From a virus, in IMG/VR virus record IMGVR_UViG_3300042296_000700, positions 1 through 64,000 of that record: a DNA stretch of 64,000 nt. One strand, 5' to 3'. Below the pieces are notes generated by a model. That model saw only the letters and a program-made list of their open reading frames with translations. It was not told the origin of the DNA and ran no database searches. This document shows, in pieces, positions 27,768 to 37,125 of this stretch. A program made the translations under genes and the position numbers. Each line of letters opens with the position of its first letter. Position 1 is the first letter of the stretch.

Positions 27768-30473
27768 TCAACGGGCTGTTATGAGGTTGTATATTTGTTC
27801 TGGTGTCAAGTTTAAGAGGTATTCCTGCCGAGCGGCAAGCCCATCAACATGGTCATTATGCCCTGGTGAAACGGATAACCCACTAGGGTCGCGCCTTGCT
27901 TCAACTGCATCTCTACCAAAGTCTGCGATATCTCGCTCGCGTTGCGCAGCACGAAGGGCATCTTGTGCTAATCCAATTTCTCGGATTACTTCGGAACGTT
28001 GGTCGTTGCGAAGTTCGGCACGCATCGGGTTGCGATTACCGCCTTGTCCATCCGCGAGCCATGTCCTGAATCCTGATTCGTTGGCATAATCACCTGATTG
28101 AAAATACCCTTGTCGCCCTCTGAACCCAAGTCCGTTATCAATTGGGACGAGATGCTTTTTGCCATTTTGCGTAACAAGAAAGTAGTTTTCGTTATGCCTG
28201 TCTGTGTTCATTATTAGGTAGTCAAGAAATGTTGCGCGAACCTTGTCCTTTACCACATTAGGGACGTCGTTACGACCACGTGGTTTGATAGGACTAGCAA
28301 CGTAGTTGCCGACATGTTCAAACATAATAGGACGAGCCTTTGCTGGAGGTTGACCGTTGAAAGGAGGCCCTGCAAATCTAAACTCACCGACAGGAAAGCC
28401 TAACCGAGCAGCAACATTATTGCCCACAATTTCGTTGAGGTCTTCATTTTTGCCAAACATAAGTTTCCCTGTCCTGCCCCTATGGTCGCCAGAGAATTTG
28501 ACAAAGAATTTTTTACCCGTTGCAGTATCTGTGAACAAATCTGCTGACCCGTTGATTCCGCCTCCTAGTGTGGATTTGGTGAAACGCTTTCCTTGACCCG
28601 AGTTGGCTTTCATTGCATTAAACAGGAAATCATCAGGTACGTCTCTAATGTCTCCGCCGTTGGCGAGGTGTAGGTCTGCGTCCGCTTGTACGTTGATATT
28701 TTTGTTGCCTTTAGGGATATGGCGAATGTCTGGGACACCGTTTGCAATATCACCTATTTTGTTGTCGTTTTGCTTTACCCTAATGTTTGGGGCTTTGCGA
28801 ACTCTGGAACCAGTGCCAGCATTACGTGGTGCTCGTGGTGCTCGCGGAGGACGAGCGGGAGCAGGAGCGGGTGCGGCTTGTTCTCCTAAAATTCTTTCTA
28901 GTTGAGCGATTCTCGCATCGCGATTAGCACCAGGAACATTCTGGTCACGGTCTTCTCGTAGTTGATTCAGTTCCTCACGAAGTCCTGCCTCTTCGGACGG
29001 GGTGAACTGTCGTGCTGCAGGTCTACGTGGACGAGGGGCTGCTGGTTGAACAGCATCTGGCTGGTCATTAGGGCGGGGACGACGATTCGCAGGACGGCGA
29101 CCATTTTGTGCGGCTGCCCCAGTACGACGTCCACGTCCTCCATTCGGGCGAGGACGGGCTGGTGCATTGCCAGCGTCAGGATTGCGGTCACGCCATGCTT
29201 GTTCTACGGCAGGACCGTGGAAACGTTCCCATTCTGAGCGACGCAAGAATCCAGCATTTCCACCTCCGTCACGAATACGACGAACCTCTGCTTGATGCTC
29301 ATTGTATTTACGTGTCTTGTATGTGTCTAGTGATTCCCGTGCACTTGGTGCTCCTGCAGGTACGGGAACTCCGCTCGTATTGTCTACGGGAACATTTCGC
29401 GGTCTTGCAGGGCGAGGATTTGCAGGACGACGCGGTGCAGCAGGACGAGGACGGTTGGCTGGCGCTACTGGGGCGTCGCCTGTTCGTGGAGCGCCAGGAT
29501 TGTCAATTTCGCGTTCCATGCGTCGTTCTTCTGAATCGCGAAGGTTGGGGCGACGACGAGGATTTCGTTGCGGAGCAGCAGGACGAGGATTGCGGGCTGG
29601 TGCTCTCCTGTTGCGGGTGGGCTTGTCGGGGTCAACAACGTCAGCAATTCGCCCTGCGGCACGCTCAAGACGACCAGGTTTCACGGTGTCTACCTGACCT
29701 GTGCGGTTGCGCTGTCCTCCTTGACGACCTCCCATACCAGTGAGGTCAAGCGCATCGCCAACTGCGCGTGCGCCTCGTTCAATTGCTCCGCCTCCAGCAA
29801 GGCGACGAGCCATTCTTTCGTTTCGTCGTGTTACGCGTCGTTCGCGTCGGCGGTCACCAACATTTTCAAGGCGTTCACCGAGGTCAGAGATTTCGTTAGC
29901 CAAACGGCGGGCAACTCCCCAACCGCAGTTCCTACCGAAACGGTCAGTGATTTGTCCGCCATAACGTGTCCCTACTGGACAACGAAATCCGCCACGGCGT
30001 TCTGTGCCTGGTACTGCTAGAGACGCGTCCCAAACTGAACGAGTGCGCTTAACTTCGTATGTGAAAGATGATTTGTTTTGGTCTGCAATAAAAGCGACAG
30101 CCTTGTACTGCACAGCATTTTTCCACGCTTCAACAGGAAATTCGGAGAGTTGAATATCCATAAGGGAGATAACTGGCAGAAGTTCTGCTGAAGCATCTTT
30201 CTTTTCAATTTCTTTAGACGGTTTTGTGAGTGAACGGTTCTTTAATTCTTCTACTACAGAGTCACTAACAGTTGTTTCAAGCGACATTGAATTATCAAGA
30301 GTTACGGTTAGTTCCTCTTTGCTAATCTTTTTCCCAGCGTATTCATCAGCCATCCACTTTGACCACGATTTTGCGGCTGCTACAACAGGATGAAACTGTG
30401 CACCGTCGGGAAGAATTTCAACGAGCGCGTACGGCTTGTTCTCTCTGTCTTTAATGAGAAATCGTGCAGCCAT
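27768..30473 (-). CDS. RCPxG-module protein with C-terminal HipA/PI3K-PI4K-like kinase
   Basis: Gly loop GGGING, FFVK, NEIVG (alphaC Glu), DYLIMNTDRHNENY catalytic loop, PIDNG. Confidence 0.85.
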   Translation of the reverse strand: MAARFLIKDRENKPYALVEILPDGAQFHPVVAAAKSWSKWMADEYAGKKISKEELTVTLDNSMSLETTVSDSVVEELKNRSLTKPSKEIEKKDASAELLPVISLMDIQLSEFPVEAWKNAVQYKAVAFIADQNKSSFTYEVKRTRSVWDASLAVPGTERRGGFRCPVGTRYGGQITDRFGRNCGWGVARRLANEISDLGERLENVGDRRRERRVTRRNERMARRLAGGGAIERGARAVGDALDLTGMGGRQGGQRNRTGQVDTVKPGRLERAAGRIADVVDPDKPTRNRRAPARNPRPAAPQRNPRRRPNLRDSEERRMEREIDNPGAPRTGDAPVAPANRPRPAAPRRPANPRPARPRNVPVDNTSGVPVPAGAPSARESLDTYKTRKYNEHQAEVRRIRDGGGNAGFLRRSEWERFHGPAVEQAWRDRNPDAGNAPARPRPNGGRGRRTGAAAQNGRRPANRRPRPNDQPDAVQPAAPRPRRPAARQFTPSEEAGLREELNQLREDRDQNVPGANRDARIAQLERILGEQAAPAPAPARPPRAPRAPRNAGTGSRVRKAPNIRVKQNDNKIGDIANGVPDIRHIPKGNKNINVQADADLHLANGGDIRDVPDDFLFNAMKANSGQGKRFTKSTLGGGINGSADLFTDTATGKKFFVKFSGDHRGRTGKLMFGKNEDLNEIVGNNVAARLGFPVGEFRFAGPPFNGQPPAKARPIMFEHVGNYVASPIKPRGRNDVPNVVKDKVRATFLDYLIMNTDRHNENYFLVTQNGKKHLVPIDNGLGFRGRQGYFQSGDYANESGFRTWLADGQGGNRNPMRAELRNDQRSEVIREIGLAQDALRAAQRERDIADFGRDAVEARRDPSGLSVSPGHNDHVDGLAARQEYLLNLTPEQIYNLITAR

Positions 30474-30475
30474 AA

Positions 30476-32677
30476 CTAAATCCCTACTAGTTTGTTGAAT
30501 TGGGTGTTTTGTTTTTTCAACGTATCTCTACGTGTCGTGAATAGTCTCTTGACCATTTCAAGGTGACGCTTTTCTGCATCAGAAAGCATTCCATCGGCAG
30601 TAAGCCTGCTCACATATTCATCCCAGTTGAACGCATCAATCTTCTTAAATAAGTCATCAACAAGACTTGCAAGCATTTTACGCTCTGATTCACTTAAAGA
30701 ACCGAAACTATCTTTATAAACACGAGCACCACGCTCATCAAGATAATCAGGAATGTCAATTTTGAACCGTCGTGCAATTTCGGCAGCGGTCAATCCAGCC
30801 ATATTTGACAACTCGTTACTACTTGGAATAACGGTAATCCGAGAACCATCGCGGACTGCAGAAAGTGTTGCAGGAGAGCGGTCACGACGGTCGGTCAAAT
30901 AATCGGCGATGGCTAAGCGAAGAATGTCTGCTTTAGGAATCTTGTCAAACTCCAGTGAAGTATCAAACCGTGTTTCGCCTTGACTGATGTCATTCATGAT
31001 GAGGTCACGCTTTGAGGCACTGCCACCAATTTTGGTATTAGGCATTTTGAGACCTACATGTGAAGCAATATCTGCGTACACCTTTTCCGAGACACTGCCG
31101 TACGTGACGGTTTCTGGAACTTGGAGAACAGATTTTCCGCTCCCTGCTTGATGCTTAATAATGCCAGTACCAAGCGGAGTTGACTTATAAGATTTGCTGT
31201 TTTTTAATGCGTCAGAAATGAATTCAGAAGGAATGTCAAACGGGTCTCCACCATTATCAAGCATTTTGATTGATTCAGCGAGCGTTGTCGGTGAGTCGTT
31301 CTTTGGTGTTGTGTCTTCACGGATAGTTTCCGTAGGAGCAACTGGCTTAATCTTGCCTTTACCGTTGGACATGAAAGTTTCGTAGACCCAACGGCGTACT
31401 TCAACTTTGCCCCCACGACCATTATTAACTGATATGAGGTCGTTGGGCTTGTCAATATTTGGGAACTTCTCGGTGTATTTGAACGCTCCGCCAGATGAGT
31501 TAGCAAAATCACGGATGTTGTTACCAACATCAAATTGGTCACTTTCACCAGCAACTCTGTTTAGTTGGCGTCCAAATTTACGGCGTTCGCCAACAGTTAG
31601 GTCACGAGCACGCTCAATTGTGAGGGTTGAACCGTTTGGCAGAACATACGTTACTTGCCGTACTGCTGCACCAGATAGGAGGGCAAGGTCGTCGCCAACA
31701 ATGTCTTTCGGTACTTGGATGGGGCGCACCATGACGCTTCCGTCCATGTCGGAGTTTCCACTAAACTTACGCAGCACAGAAGATGGAACGATTGGTTTCA
31801 AGACTACGGCGTCGCGCCGAATGAGTCGTCCCTCTGTTGTTGGTGCGCCAGTAACCGTGCGGATTGCGGCTTGTACTGCTTTTAAGCGTTCTGCTGGCTT
31901 ATCTGCGCCAGTTCTAGGGATTTGTGCCATGCGAAGAATTGATGCAGTGTTGGAAGTTGCTCCACCACTAACTACTTCGGAAAGGCTGTCTGCCTCTGTT
32001 CGTGGAAGTTTGGGTTTGCTGTTTAACCGCCGTGCTGCGCCGAGCGCAACACCGAGGGCAGAAGGAATATCAAACAACTGTGCACCACATGTTGAATAGC
32101 GAGAATCAGTAAATCGTCCACCAAACTGAAATCCTGCAGGACAACGAAATCCTCGTGTCGGTTTTGGTACAACACGGCGAATCTTGCCTAATCCTGGCAC
32201 GTTTCCACCAGGAACTAGAGCGGAGTAAACGCGGGAGCGAATCGGGCTGCGAATTCCTGATAGGTCACCAGGTAGGGCGATTGTGCCCGCTGCCTGAATG
32301 TTTTGACCAAGAGCGCCACTGGAACCAATCACACCAACTTTGACGCTTACCGATGAACCCATGCGGTTGCGGGTTGGCGTGGAGAATGCTGCTGCCTTAA
32401 AGTTGACGACGTTGCGTTCAGTCCCACTTAAATGTTGGTGCATTGCGAGGGACATTGATTTGACGTACGGTTCAAGCGGGCGCTTCTGTGCTGTAAAGTA
32501 TTCGCCGTTTTCAATACGTGTACGTGTTACCTGAGACTTTGTACTACTTGGGTTAAATGGAATCTTGATATAACCATCGCCGTCAACAACCGTACGAACA
32601 AAAGAACTGTCTTTACGCAGCAAAGGGCGCTGATGTCGCAAAAAACTATTTATTGAACTTTTGCTATCAACGCTCAT
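30476..32677 (-). CDS. RCPxG-module protein with degenerate kinase-like C-terminus (pseudokinase)
   Basis: RGFRCPAGFQFGGRFTDSRYSTCG; SEKVY..IA..VGL..P, DYLTDRRDRSPATL, IPSSN (lost His/Asn and the D of the PIDxG motif). Confidence 0.7.
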   Translation of the reverse strand: MSVDSKSSINSFLRHQRPLLRKDSSFVRTVVDGDGYIKIPFNPSSTKSQVTRTRIENGEYFTAQKRPLEPYVKSMSLAMHQHLSGTERNVVNFKAAAFSTPTRNRMGSSVSVKVGVIGSSGALGQNIQAAGTIALPGDLSGIRSPIRSRVYSALVPGGNVPGLGKIRRVVPKPTRGFRCPAGFQFGGRFTDSRYSTCGAQLFDIPSALGVALGAARRLNSKPKLPRTEADSLSEVVSGGATSNTASILRMAQIPRTGADKPAERLKAVQAAIRTVTGAPTTEGRLIRRDAVVLKPIVPSSVLRKFSGNSDMDGSVMVRPIQVPKDIVGDDLALLSGAAVRQVTYVLPNGSTLTIERARDLTVGERRKFGRQLNRVAGESDQFDVGNNIRDFANSSGGAFKYTEKFPNIDKPNDLISVNNGRGGKVEVRRWVYETFMSNGKGKIKPVAPTETIREDTTPKNDSPTTLAESIKMLDNGGDPFDIPSEFISDALKNSKSYKSTPLGTGIIKHQAGSGKSVLQVPETVTYGSVSEKVYADIASHVGLKMPNTKIGGSASKRDLIMNDISQGETRFDTSLEFDKIPKADILRLAIADYLTDRRDRSPATLSAVRDGSRITVIPSSNELSNMAGLTAAEIARRFKIDIPDYLDERGARVYKDSFGSLSESERKMLASLVDDLFKKIDAFNWDEYVSRLTADGMLSDAEKRHLEMVKRLFTTRRDTLKKQNTQFNKLVGI

Positions 32678-33128
32678 ACAGTGCTGTCCTTAGTCGTTTC
32701 TGCTCATTTACTACCCGACTATTTGTCTCAGCATTCAAATCAGTCGCAGTTGGTGACATCTTTTGTTTATTGCCATATATGTCTTCTGGCTTTACCCCTA
32801 CACTTGTAAGGATATCAGGGCTTATGGGCTTGGAGCGGGTAGAAAACATGGCTATCCAAGTTTCTGTATCCATCTTTTCTGAGCGTGAAGACATTTCCCA
32901 AAACTGCTTGTGGAACTCGGTTGTTTCTATTAACCGCCATTCGTCAAGTTTTGTTTGAATTCCGCCATCGTTTAGGTGAAAGTATAAAGCGTAAACTTTA
33001 ATCGGTGTATCCACGCCGCCCTCAGAAAAATAGCCGTCGTAGTTTGATGACTTTGGCTTTAGGCACGTATAAATAATTGCTTTGTCTACTACTGCGACTG
33101 GTATGGGGAATTCTTTTTTGTCAATCAT
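32667..33128 (-). CDS. protein downstream of the DUF3626-like effector (candidate immunity protein)
   Basis: ATG at 33128, immediately after the stop at 33130. Confidence 0.55.
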   Translation of the reverse strand: MIDKKEFPIPVAVVDKAIIYTCLKPKSSNYDGYFSEGGVDTPIKVYALYFHLNDGGIQTKLDEWRLIETTEFHKQFWEMSSRSEKMDTETWIAMFSTRSKPISPDILTSVGVKPEDIYGNKQKMSPTATDLNAETNSRVVNEQKRLRTALYER

Positions 33129-33129
33129 C

Positions 33130-35511
33130 TTACGAAACACTTTCCTCGTCTGGCGTTGACGGAGCGGACGCCCATCGGATTTGTTGCTGAACGTCTTCAA
33201 GCAACTGTTTACGCACGCGTGCCCCCCAAATGTCGGTAATGCGGTCTCCAGCCTTGCCACCGTCATATTTTGTTGGGTCTCCTAAATCAAGACCATCATA
33301 AGAACCAAAAATGACTTTAGCATTCGGAGCCTTTTCGGCGACCAATGAAGTAATTCGCTCCATTTCCATGGCAGATATCAAACCATTGAGTTTTAACTCA
33401 TCTCTCATTGCAGAAGCCTGATTCTTGGTATTATCTGGTTGAGCGTTTGTTACCTTCCATCCAGAAATTTTTGCACGTGCAACTTCTATCTCGCCCATTG
33501 TGAAACCTGCGGCAAGCAACTGTTCAGTAGAAAGATGCTGGTCTTCAATTTTTTGAATCAATTCTGCGCCATCAACGCCGTTGGGGTTAAACTGGTTTTT
33601 GTAAGTTGGGAACAATTTCGTTGCATCAAGTTTGATTTCCTTAATGTCTTGAGCGGTGAATCCTCCAAGTATTTGTGATTCCGTAAATTGACCATTTTGT
33701 TCTAGTCCACTTTTATTCCAGTTAACAAAATCTTGCGTAACGTGGGTTCGTAATAGGCGATTGATGTTGTCGTTCATGTCGCTGCTGTCCAAGTGACCAG
33801 CGATTGATTCAATTAGTTCCTCGTCTGATGCGCCAACTGCCGCAGTGCCTCTTGCTTGATTAAGGATGCTGTCCTTATGGTGAATTGTTGTCCTATCGGC
33901 AACCTCTGGGTGAAGTACAAATTCCATGTCTCCATAGCCGATTCCATTTCCAGCAAATGCACCTACAAACTCGTCAGTAACCCCTGCTGCACCCCTACCA
34001 GGAATGGTCAAGTAGTGGTCTGTGGTGAATAGTTCCATTCCTTCTTTTGCGTTGTTCTCATCTGTGATTCGTTTTAACTCGTCGTCCCAGAAAGTAAAGC
34101 GACTAAAACCGTATACAGGGCGAACACCAGAACCGTGTACTGCTCCGACACTTGCTTCATATTGTCCACGGCTGCCAAGTAGTGATGACATAGCATCACC
34201 AACCTTGGCATCAGTTTTGACTTCCATCGGAAGGTAGCCATCTGTTAAATATGCTTCTAAATGTTGCCCTTTAGCCCACACTGAGGCTTCAGGTTTGCGG
34301 GCTTTTGCAATCGTTAATGCAGTCTGTTCTATCGCTGCAATTACTTCATCATCAGTGTGCGTGAGGATAAATTCATGCGTTTTGGGGTCTATAACTTTGT
34401 CAAATGGAAGTCCATTTATGTCGGTCTGGATGCCTGATTCAATCATGCTGCGAAGGTCGGAAACCTTTTCTGCCATCATTGTCCTGCGTTGCGTCTGTCG
34501 TTCTTTCAGAGTCAAAATGGCTTTACCTGCATAGAAGCCAGAATCATTTATTGCTTTAATGTCCTCATCCGTAGGCTTGCCCCACTTCGGAGCCTTGGCG
34601 AGAACCTCGGCATTGAAGTCTTTGATTTGTGCAGATGTTGCGTGCTCAGCACTTGGAAGTCCGAGTAAGTCTGAAGAATCGGTAAGTTTCCCAACAGCAC
34701 GGTCAACAGCAGTGGGCTCGTTAGCGTTAATGCCTCTAAAACGTTCTTTTGTTGACTTAATAACATCGTTGAATGAACCTTGCATCTTTTCTGAAAGTTC
34801 GCCACCCTTAATACGGAGACGTTTCATTCTTTCGGCAAATGCCTCCTGATATTCGTCAACCTGTTCTTTGGTTTTGTTCCACTTTTCTTTAGCGTTTGCT
34901 AACGCCACCTTGACAGGCACCATGCCACCAGTAACAAATATGCTCGTCAACATTTCAATACCTTCGTTGGTATCAGAGTCACCACTGGCACCAGTGAAGT
35001 CATTTATCATGCTGCCAATGTCGCCGAAATTGCCAAAAAAAGTGCCCCAGTAAGCCGTAGCCCAAGCAAGTTTTTTCACTATCGCTTTTTGTTCAGGAGT
35101 TAAGCGTCGCTTGTCTTTTTCAAGCGTGTCATCAATATCAATACCAAGCGCCCTGAACTCTGCAATAAGTTTAGGTGACGTCTTGCTAGGCACGAGACTT
35201 GATGCTGCTTGGGCGGCAGCATTCGCCACTGTTTCTGCACTTGGAACCATACAGTTAGACATCTGCATGTCGGTAAACTGGTTAGCATTCGGCGTTCCTG
35301 GCGGACACCGCATTTTGCCATTCTCGTCAATAATGATTCCAGCACGACGAGCAGCATGCTGTCCCACTGAAGGAAGTTTATCGTTGTCGCGAACGGTAGG
35401 TCCAAGGAAACCTTTCACCATTACACTTGTGCGGACAACAGAAACTGCTGACGTGAAACCGTCAATACGTTCGTTCGCTATGTCAGGGAGTGACCTCATA
35501 GTCACGGGCAC
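33130..35511 (-). CDS. RCPxG-module protein with C-terminal DUF3626-like domain
   Basis: GKMRCPPGTPNANQFTDMQMSNC; RPVYG...YGDMEFVL.PEV.DRTT...DS...ESQILGG...DI. Confidence 0.7.
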   Translation of the reverse strand: MPVTMRSLPDIANERIDGFTSAVSVVRTSVMVKGFLGPTVRDNDKLPSVGQHAARRAGIIIDENGKMRCPPGTPNANQFTDMQMSNCMVPSAETVANAAAQAASSLVPSKTSPKLIAEFRALGIDIDDTLEKDKRRLTPEQKAIVKKLAWATAYWGTFFGNFGDIGSMINDFTGASGDSDTNEGIEMLTSIFVTGGMVPVKVALANAKEKWNKTKEQVDEYQEAFAERMKRLRIKGGELSEKMQGSFNDVIKSTKERFRGINANEPTAVDRAVGKLTDSSDLLGLPSAEHATSAQIKDFNAEVLAKAPKWGKPTDEDIKAINDSGFYAGKAILTLKERQTQRRTMMAEKVSDLRSMIESGIQTDINGLPFDKVIDPKTHEFILTHTDDEVIAAIEQTALTIAKARKPEASVWAKGQHLEAYLTDGYLPMEVKTDAKVGDAMSSLLGSRGQYEASVGAVHGSGVRPVYGFSRFTFWDDELKRITDENNAKEGMELFTTDHYLTIPGRGAAGVTDEFVGAFAGNGIGYGDMEFVLHPEVADRTTIHHKDSILNQARGTAAVGASDEELIESIAGHLDSSDMNDNINRLLRTHVTQDFVNWNKSGLEQNGQFTESQILGGFTAQDIKEIKLDATKLFPTYKNQFNPNGVDGAELIQKIEDQHLSTEQLLAAGFTMGEIEVARAKISGWKVTNAQPDNTKNQASAMRDELKLNGLISAMEMERITSLVAEKAPNAKVIFGSYDGLDLGDPTKYDGGKAGDRITDIWGARVRKQLLEDVQQQIRWASAPSTPDEESVS

Positions 35512-35522
35512 CTCCCGGTGAA

Positions 35523-35753
35523 TTATTCAGCCTCTGCTGCTGGCTCTTCTTTGGCGACTTCAGGTTCAGCAGCAACTTCCTCTGCTGCGACTGGTGCTTC
35601 TTCTTCTTTGACGGCTGCTTCGGTCTTCTTGCTTGCTCGCTTAGATACCTTTTCAACTGCTGGCTCTTCAACGACTTCTGCAATCACTGGGGCTTCTACT
35701 GACTTGTTGTAAACAACGAATCCAGAATCGCTTGGTTGATTAACTTTTTTCAC
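35523..35753 (-). CDS. small Glu/Ala/Lys low-complexity protein
   Basis: GTG start right after the upstream stop; E/A/K/P-rich. Confidence 0.5.
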   Translation of the reverse strand: MKKVNQPSDSGFVVYNKSVEAPVIAEVVEEPAVEKVSKRASKKTEAAVKEEEAPVAAEEVAAEPEVAKEEPAAEAE

Positions 35754-35754
35754 C

Positions 35755-37110
35755 TTAGATTCCTTCCTCAATTGTGAGCATTTCAAATTCAAGCAAGTCT
35801 GCAAGGAGTTTTGTTGCTTCTGCATCTTCTGCTGACTTTTCGCCTTCAGCCATCTCTTCTTTAGGCTTTTCGGCTTCTTCGTCCCAACTGTCAGGAATCA
35901 TGTCTTCCTTGCCAAGTTCCTTAGCGCGCTTCTGGCAGTGCATTTTCACTTCATCAGGGTTGGAAGCCCGACCGACAGCCATGATTGCATTCTTCAAGTC
36001 TTCTTCATCCTTGATTGGATAAGAGCCATCAGGCATAGCCATTCCGCCCTTAGCCATTTCCATGCGCTCTTCGTCGCCATACATTGCTTTCAATGCGAGG
36101 TCAGCGACTTCTGCGTCAATGTCTTCTGCTTCACTGGCGTCATATTCATCCCAACCAAGGACTTCACCGTCAAGGCTAACGAACACGTCGTATGACTTTC
36201 CGTCGTCTCCTTCAACTTCAACAGCGTAAGCGTCGTAGCCTTCAAACATGTCGGCATCAACACTGATGACTTCGCCTTCAATGCTCTTAACGGCGATGTC
36301 TGCTGCTTCGTTGAATGAAATAACTCTTTCTCCAGCAATTTCAGCGACTTCTCCAAGAACTTTTTCGTTGAGGAGATGCCAGCCCATTACTTCGCCAGAT
36401 GTTCCGTCAAAGAAAATTTCTACTGGCTTGCCATCTTTGCGTTGAACGTCAACGATGAAAATGTCTGTTTCGTCTGCGTATGCAGAGTCAAGAACTTTTC
36501 CTGAGAACATGTCTTCTGCGATGCCTTCAACTTCAAGTAGTGATGGCATGTCTGCTTCTGAGGCACATCCACCAGGGCATTGTGCACAAACTTGGGAATT
36601 TCCAGCAAGCATTTTGCGTTCAAATGCGCAAACAAATGCGTCGTCATCAAATTCGCCAGACTTTACGCCCATGGTTTCCATGCGCTTCTTGCGTGCCTTC
36701 TTGCGCTTTGCAATAGGGTCGGAATCCAGTTCGTCTTCAACGTCTGATGCCATGCTCTCCATTGGCGACATGCCACCTTTTACTTCAGGAGTTTCTGCTG
36801 TGACCCAGTCTTCTGACTTGGCAGCAATGGTTTCTGCGGCAGCACCACATTTCCCACACACCTTCTGACCAGGCTTGTAACCGCACTCAGAAATAGGTAG
36901 AGCCTTAGCGCACTTGATAGTACCGTCGGCGAGTAGTTGAACAATCGGCTTATCTGCCATTTCGTCTTTCTCCTTGTATTGCATGGTTGATGTTAGGCAG
37001 CCACTTGGTTTTGTGCATCCAGAACATGGTGCCATGCGTTTTTCGCCTGAGACCATGCAACTGTATTTTGTTGAAACTTTGGGTAATCCGTTTTGTGAAG
37101 TATAACTCAT
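35755..37110 (-). CDS. acidic Cys-rich protein with PepSY-like domains and a DUF6582-like domain
   Basis: Three Cys clusters; ISFNEAADIA....GEVISVD....YAVEV...DGKSYDVFV..DGEVL (PepSY); A.PDGSYPI....DL.NAI.A.GR. Confidence 0.7.
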   Translation of the reverse strand: MSYTSQNGLPKVSTKYSCMVSGEKRMAPCSGCTKPSGCLTSTMQYKEKDEMADKPIVQLLADGTIKCAKALPISECGYKPGQKVCGKCGAAAETIAAKSEDWVTAETPEVKGGMSPMESMASDVEDELDSDPIAKRKKARKKRMETMGVKSGEFDDDAFVCAFERKMLAGNSQVCAQCPGGCASEADMPSLLEVEGIAEDMFSGKVLDSAYADETDIFIVDVQRKDGKPVEIFFDGTSGEVMGWHLLNEKVLGEVAEIAGERVISFNEAADIAVKSIEGEVISVDADMFEGYDAYAVEVEGDDGKSYDVFVSLDGEVLGWDEYDASEAEDIDAEVADLALKAMYGDEERMEMAKGGMAMPDGSYPIKDEEDLKNAIMAVGRASNPDEVKMHCQKRAKELGKEDMIPDSWDEEAEKPKEEMAEGEKSAEDAEATKLLADLLEFEMLTIEEGI

Positions 37111-37125
37111 TGTTGCACTCCTATA

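Noticed and set aside
26480-29750. Many short GCAGGACGAG-like repeats suggesting a CRISPR array or DNA repeat locus
   Set aside because: They are irregularly spaced and explained by Arg-Pro-Ala codons in protein linkers; there is no constant repeat-spacer period and no cas operon
27200-30070. Duplicated block as a diversity-generating retroelement TR/VR pair
   Set aside because: Differences are synonymous and not adenine-specific, both copies are N-terminal coding sequence, and no reverse transcriptase is in the window
25121-32099. Long plus-strand ORFs (e.g. 25121-25855, 29108-29743, 31407-32099)
   Set aside because: Antisense shadows of well-supported minus-strand genes, with no motifs or RBS
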